NCBI GenBank assembly: GCA_038208905.1
Contig: JBBQYG010000120.1
Span: 1 to 12,834, forward strand
Direction: 5' to 3'
Source: Candidatus Sumerlaeia bacterium
Lineage (GTDB): Bacteria; Sumerlaeota; Sumerlaeia; SLMS01
DNA length: 12,834 bases
Every line of letters begins with the position of its first letter. The stretch's first letter is position 1. A program made the translations under genes and the position numbers. Shown piece after piece: positions 9,193 through 12,834 of this stretch. The notes under the pieces are model-generated. The model was given only the letters and a program-made list of their open reading frames with translations. It did not search any database and was not told the DNA's origin.

Positions 9193-9299
9193 ATTCGGAC
9201 AACTCCAAGGGGGAGCCAGTATTTGGACCGTCGGGCATGATGGTGGAAGTAGCGGCTTCAGGAGATAAGAGTGTCAAGAATTGTCCGCGATTTGGACCG

Positions 9300-9331
9300 A
9301 AAAAGAGGTCCCCGGCTCGTGCCGGGGACCT
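9300..9331 (-). terminator. Rho-independent terminator downstream of trxA
   Basis: 11-bp stem AGGTCCCCGGC / GCCGGGGACCT (9306-9316 / 9321-9331), 4-nt loop, followed on the minus strand by CTTTTT. Confidence 0.82.
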
Positions 9332-9361
9332 AGGATTGCAACCTGCCTGATTGACCGGGCG

Positions 9362-9688
9362 TTACAGGTGCCGATCCAGCATCTGGGCCATGTGTTCCTT
9401 GGGGATCGCGCCCGCGACGGATTCGACGGGCTTGCCGCCCTTAAAGACCATGAGCGTGGGGAGGCTGGTGATGCCGAACCGCGAGGCGACGTCCACGGAT
9501 TCGTCCACGTCCACCTTCACCACCACGGCGCGGCCGTCGTAATCGTTGGCCAGCTCCTCCACGAAGGGGGCGATGCGGCGGCAGGGGGGGCACCAAGTGG
9601 CCCAGAAATCGACGAAAACCGGCTTGTCGGACTTGAGCACGGTGGCGTCGAAGTCGGAGTCTGATACTTTGACGAGTTTGCCTGCCAT
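9362..9688 (-). CDS. trxA: Thioredoxin
   Basis: PVFVDFWATWCPPCRRIAP, KVDVDE, ASRFGITSLPTLMVFKGG; AGGAG RBS; 108 aa. Confidence 0.95.
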   Translation of the reverse strand: MAGKLVKVSDSDFDATVLKSDKPVFVDFWATWCPPCRRIAPFVEELANDYDGRAVVVKVDVDESVDVASRFGITSLPTLMVFKGGKPVESVAGAIPKEHMAQMLDRHL

Positions 9689-9755
9689 GGAGCTTCTCCT
9701 AAGAAGTTGTCGTGTGGATCGGACGGTGACATTGGCTCGATACGAGCGGATTCAA

Positions 9756-9772
9756 TGCATCGGTTGTGCCAA
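9756..9772 (-). promoter_or_regulatory. Candidate sigma-54 (-24/-12) promoter for trxA
   Basis: Minus strand TTGGCACAACCGATGCA versus consensus TGGCACG-N4-TTGCW, with exact GG-N10-GC spacing, in the fabI-trxA intergenic region. Confidence 0.55.
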
Positions 9773-9802
9773 CTTTGGCGGGGCGCGCCGGGGGGACAAG
9801 GC

Positions 9803-10585
9803 TCATTCGGCCCCGGCGACGCCCATGATTGACTGTCCGGCATCGACGAAAAGGATCTGGCCGGTGATGCCGCTGGAGAGCGGGCTGAGCAGGAAGGCGG
9901 CGGTGTTGCCGACTTCCTCGGTGGAGACGTTGCGGCCAAGGGGGCTCTTTCGCTCGCCCTCCTCCAGCATCTTGCTGAATCCCGAAATGCCGCGCGCGGC
10001 CAGGGTCTTGATGGGGCCGGCGCTGATGCCGTTGACGCGGACGTTCTTCCGACCGCCGTCCCACGCCGCATAGCGAATCGTGGCCTCCAGCGCCGTCTTG
10101 GCGATGCCCATCAGGTTGTAGTTGGGATAGACCTTGGTGGTGTCGTAGGTGAGCGAGATCACCGAGCCGCCACCGCTCTTCTCGAACAGCGGCATGGCGC
10201 CGCGCATGAGTTCGATGAGCGTGTAGGCGCTGACGTGGAGTGCCGTGTTCCAGCCATCCAGGGCGGTCTTCACGATGCCGGGGGTGAGGTCGTCCTTCTT
10301 GGCGAAGGCGATGCAGTGGACGAGGCCATCGAGGCCGCCCCACTCGGCGTCGAGCATGGAGAAGACGCTGGCGACGGTTTCGGGCATCGTGGCGTCGAGG
10401 TGATAGCACGGGAGCTTGGGATCGACGGATTCGGCGAGGGCGCGGACGCGGCTCTCGATGCGCTCGCCCTGAAAGGTGAGGGCGATGGTGGCCCCCTCAT
10501 TCAGCAGCGACTTTGTGATTCCCCAAGCGATCGAGGCTTCGTTGGCGACGCCGACGACGAGGATCTTCTTGCCTGTAAGCTGCAT
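9803..10585 (-). CDS. fabI: Enoyl-[acyl-carrier-protein] reductase (NADH) FabI
   Basis: GKKILVVGVANEASIAWGI, LDGLVHCIAFA, SAYTL, PNYNLMGIAK (catalytic Y-x6-K), RVNGISAGPIKTLAA, ITGQILFVDAG. ATG 10585 with GGAGG at 10596-10600; 260 aa. Confidence 0.95.
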   Translation of the reverse strand: MQLTGKKILVVGVANEASIAWGITKSLLNEGATIALTFQGERIESRVRALAESVDPKLPCYHLDATMPETVASVFSMLDAEWGGLDGLVHCIAFAKKDDLTPGIVKTALDGWNTALHVSAYTLIELMRGAMPLFEKSGGGSVISLTYDTTKVYPNYNLMGIAKTALEATIRYAAWDGGRKNVRVNGISAGPIKTLAARGISGFSKMLEEGERKSPLGRNVSTEEVGNTAAFLLSPLSSGITGQILFVDAGQSIMGVAGAE

Positions 10586-10620
10586 TGGAAGCGGGCCTCC
10601 GTGATATTTGATGCTAAGTG

Positions 10621-10649
10621 AAGATAGACGGGCGCGGCGGCGTCCGCAA
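10621..10649 (-). promoter_or_regulatory. Candidate sigma-70 promoter for fabI
   Basis: Minus strand TTGCGG-17 nt-TATCTT, 35 nt upstream of the fabI ATG. Confidence 0.5.
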
Positions 10650-10664
10650 GTCGAGACGACCTGC

Positions 10665-11354
10665 TCAGCCCGCGGGAGCCTTGATTCGCCCCAGCGCGCC
10701 CGACCGGATATCCGCCATGATCCCGTGGTGATCCGTATAGACACGGTGGGCTTCGGGGGCCAATTCCTCCGCGGGATGGCTCCCCGCCATGCCGAGCGCC
10801 ATCGACCCCGCGGCGCGGGCGGCACGAAGGCCGTGGACGGAGTCCTCGATCACGATGCACTCGGCGGGCGGAATGCCGATGCGCCGCGCGGCCTCGATGA
10901 AGATGTCCGGCGCGGGCTTTCCGCGCGGGACGTCCTGGCCACTGACGATGACGGGGAATCGGTCGGCGAAGGCCGCGCCCTGCTGGGCAATGTTGAAGCC
11001 GATCTTGCGGTGGGAACCGCCCGAGGCGATGGCGAAGGGGATGCCCTCCGCGCGAAGCCAGTCGGTGAACTCCACAAGCCCCGGAAGAGAGTGCGGCCCG
11101 CCGGTTTCGTGGCAGACTTCCTTGTATATCTCGTCGCGCAGCACGAGGTAGCTGGGACCGTCGATCTGGAAGCCGGTCAACTCCCGGACGCGATCCACGA
11201 GTTCGATGGTGCCGAGGCCGATGTAGGGCGCGCAGTCGGCGCGTGTGAGCGCGTGGCCATTGTCGCGCATGAAGCGGATGAAGCCCTCGACGGTGGGCTC
11301 CTCGCTGTCGAAGATCACGCCGTCGCTATCGAAGAGCAGGCCGGAGATGATCAC
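10665..11354 (-). CDS. HAD-superfamily hydrolase, subfamily IA (beta-PGM/CbbY-like phosphatase)
   Basis: LLFDSDGVIFDSE (motif I), IASGG (II), KPAPDIF (III), IEDSVHG (IV). GTG start overlaps the proA TGA (GTGA at 11354-11351); 229 aa. Confidence 0.9.
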   Translation of the reverse strand: MIISGLLFDSDGVIFDSEEPTVEGFIRFMRDNGHALTRADCAPYIGLGTIELVDRVRELTGFQIDGPSYLVLRDEIYKEVCHETGGPHSLPGLVEFTDWLRAEGIPFAIASGGSHRKIGFNIAQQGAAFADRFPVIVSGQDVPRGKPAPDIFIEAARRIGIPPAECIVIEDSVHGLRAARAAGSMALGMAGSHPAEELAPEAHRVYTDHHGIMADIRSGALGRIKAPAG

Positions 11355-12625
11355 CCGCGGACCTGTCCGTCGCCGAAGACGATCCACTTGGCGGTGGTCA
11401 GCTCGCGCAGTCCCATCGGGCCGCGGGCGTGCAGCTTGTTGGTTGAGATGCCGATCTCCGCGCCAAGGCCGTACTCTCCCCCGTCGCTGAATCGCGTGGA
11501 GGCGTTGATGTGGACGCACGCGCTGTCCACCGCGCGCAGGAACGTCATCGCGGCGTTGTGGTTCTGCGTGACGATGGTATCGGTGTGGTGGCTGCCGTAG
11601 TGATTGATGAACTCCACGGCGTCGTCGAAGGAATCGACGACCTTCACCGCCAGGATCAGGTCGAGGTACTCCGCGTACCAGTCCTCCTCGGTGGCCTCGA
11701 TGGCGGAGGGGATGAAGAGGCGCGTGCGCTCGCAGCCGCGGATTTCCACCTTCTTGTCGAGGAGCGCGCGGCCCGCGCGGGCCAGGAAATCGTCGGCGAT
11801 GGAGGCGTGAACCAGCAGCGTTTCCGCCGCGTTGCAGACGCCGGTGCGCTGGGTCTTGGAATTCACGATGATCTCGACGCCCATCTGGATGTCGGCGGTC
11901 TCGTCGATATACACAGTGCAGTTGCCGTCGAGGTGCTTGATGACGGGAATCTCCGACTCCTTCGTGACGCGCTCGATCAGCGACTTTCCGCCGCGCGGAA
12001 TGATGACGTCGATGTACTCGCTCATCTTGAGCATCTCGCCCACAGCGGCGCGGTCGATGGTGGGGATCACCTGAATCGCGCCCTGGGGTAGTCCCGCCTT
12101 GGCGCCGGCCTCGCCGATGAGCTTTGCGAGGATCATGTTGGAGTGAAAGGCCTCGCTGCCGCCGCGCAGGATCGCCGCGTTGCCGCTCTTGAGGCACAGC
12201 GTCGCCGCGTCGGCCGTCACGTTGGGGCGCGATTCATAGATGATGCCGACGACGCCGATGGGCGAACGCATCTGGCCGATGCGCAGACCGTTGGGGCGGT
12301 TGCGGACGTTCTCGATTTCTCCAACGGGATCGGGGAGCGCGGCCACCTCGCGGAGCGCCCTGGCCATGGCGGCAATGCGCGGCTCCGTCAGGCGAAGCCG
12401 GTCGATCATCGCCGGGCTCAGGCCATTCTCGGCGGCCTTGGCAAGGTCCTTCGCGTTCTCCCGCTCGATCACGGGCGACTCGGCGATGAAGGCATCGGCG
12501 ATGGCCTCCAGCGCCGCGTTCTTCACTGCGGGCGACAGCAACGGCAGCCGACGACTCGCCGCGCGGGCGCGCCGTCCGATCTCCAGCATTTGATCCTTCA
12601 TGGTGTCTTCCGCCACGATGCTCAT
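11351..12625 (-). CDS. proA: Gamma-glutamyl phosphate reductase (glutamate-5-semialdehyde dehydrogenase)
   Basis: LPDPVGE, PIGVVGIIYESRPNVT, KSGNAAILRGGSEA, IIPRGG, GVCNAAETLL (catalytic Cys), NASTRFSDG, GAEIGIST, HARGPMGL. ATG 12625 with GGAGG at 12633-12637; 424 aa. Confidence 0.97.
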   Translation of the reverse strand: MSIVAEDTMKDQMLEIGRRARAASRRLPLLSPAVKNAALEAIADAFIAESPVIERENAKDLAKAAENGLSPAMIDRLRLTEPRIAAMARALREVAALPDPVGEIENVRNRPNGLRIGQMRSPIGVVGIIYESRPNVTADAATLCLKSGNAAILRGGSEAFHSNMILAKLIGEAGAKAGLPQGAIQVIPTIDRAAVGEMLKMSEYIDVIIPRGGKSLIERVTKESEIPVIKHLDGNCTVYIDETADIQMGVEIIVNSKTQRTGVCNAAETLLVHASIADDFLARAGRALLDKKVEIRGCERTRLFIPSAIEATEEDWYAEYLDLILAVKVVDSFDDAVEFINHYGSHHTDTIVTQNHNAAMTFLRAVDSACVHINASTRFSDGGEYGLGAEIGISTNKLHARGPMGLRELTTAKWIVFGDGQVRG

Positions 12626-12665
12626 CGAAAGGCCTCCAGCAGGGTGCTGCGAACTACCTTGCAAG

Positions 12666-12695
12666 AGTGTGGCCCGTTGCGGGGGGATGCGGCAA
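12666..12695 (-). promoter_or_regulatory. Weak candidate sigma-70 promoter for proA
   Basis: Minus strand TTGCCG-18 nt-CACACT, 40 nt upstream of the ATG; imperfect match. Confidence 0.3.
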
Positions 12696-12800
12696 GAGCG
12701 AAAGGGGGAACGGCGGGAACAGCGAAAAAGGGGGGAACGACGGAAAGAGCGGGGGTCCGACCCATGTTCCCGCCGTTCCCGCCTTTTCCGTCAATTCCCC
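12691..12800. repeat. Degenerate 9-mer tandem array with an inverted copy (large hairpin)
   Basis: GGGAACGGC GGGAACAGC GAAAAAGGG GGGAACGAC GGAAAGAGC (12706-12750), opposed by GTTCCC GCCGTTCCC GCCTTTTCC GTC. Perfect 16-bp inverted repeat at 12706-12721 / 12765-12780. Confidence 0.75.
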
Positions 12801-12834
12801 GCCAGCGCCTGCTTCGGCGCCGTCGTGGTCCGGG
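12791..12834 (-). CDS. Possible 3' end of an upstream gene (unknown product)
   Basis: Frame ...RTTTAPKQALAGN* with G/C at nearly all third positions, TGA at 12793-12791 just before the repeat hairpin. Too short to identify. Confidence 0.35.
   Translation of the reverse strand, partial: RTTTAPKQALAGN

Noticed and set aside
9251..9277. CIRCE-like left arm TTGACACTC upstream of the Trx-like gene
   Set aside because: The right arm after 9 nt (GAAGCCGCT) does not match GAGTGCTAA.
8827..9300. NrdR box for autoregulation
   Set aside because: No AT-rich acaCwAtATaTwGtg-like palindrome seen in the intergenic segments.
9803..10825. 340-aa version of FabI
   Set aside because: The extension overlaps the HAD gene; FabI homology and a GGAGG RBS point to ATG 10585.
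10665..12197. 510-aa ORF suggesting a long N-terminal extension on the HAD protein
   Set aside because: The extension is an Arg-rich off-frame read of proA; the HAD motif I starts right after GTG 11354.
12691..12800. CRISPR array or tRNA at the right edge
   Set aside because: Units are 9 nt, degenerate and without spacers; no cloverleaf or TTCGA arm.

Overview
GC-rich bacterial chromosomal window, mostly housekeeping genes. From left to right: the 5' ~250 codons of a ROK-family (NagC/XylR-like) repressor on the minus strand, which the ORF track misses; a decayed ~600-bp stretch holding an M23-peptidase C-terminal fragment (+) back-to-back with a long open frame that has no obvious start (-); a ~1015-aa membrane/spermidine-synthase-like/TPR protein (+) convergent with acetyl-CoA synthetase (-) across a 14-bp hairpin; a GT2 glycosyltransferase and a membrane-anchored cohesin-like protein (+); then a minus-strand run of proA, a HAD hydrolase, fabI, trxA (WCPPC), a CXXC-less thioredoxin-fold gene and nrdR. 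An inverted 9-mer repeat structure sits at the right edge. I saw no mobile element, CRISPR array, tRNA or rRNA. The best leads are the redox-dead thioredoxin paralogue apparently co-transcribed with nrdR, a candidate sigma-54 promoter for trxA, the atypical SpeE-like protein and the cohesin/GT2 pair. All family calls come from recognising motifs by eye, not from database searches.
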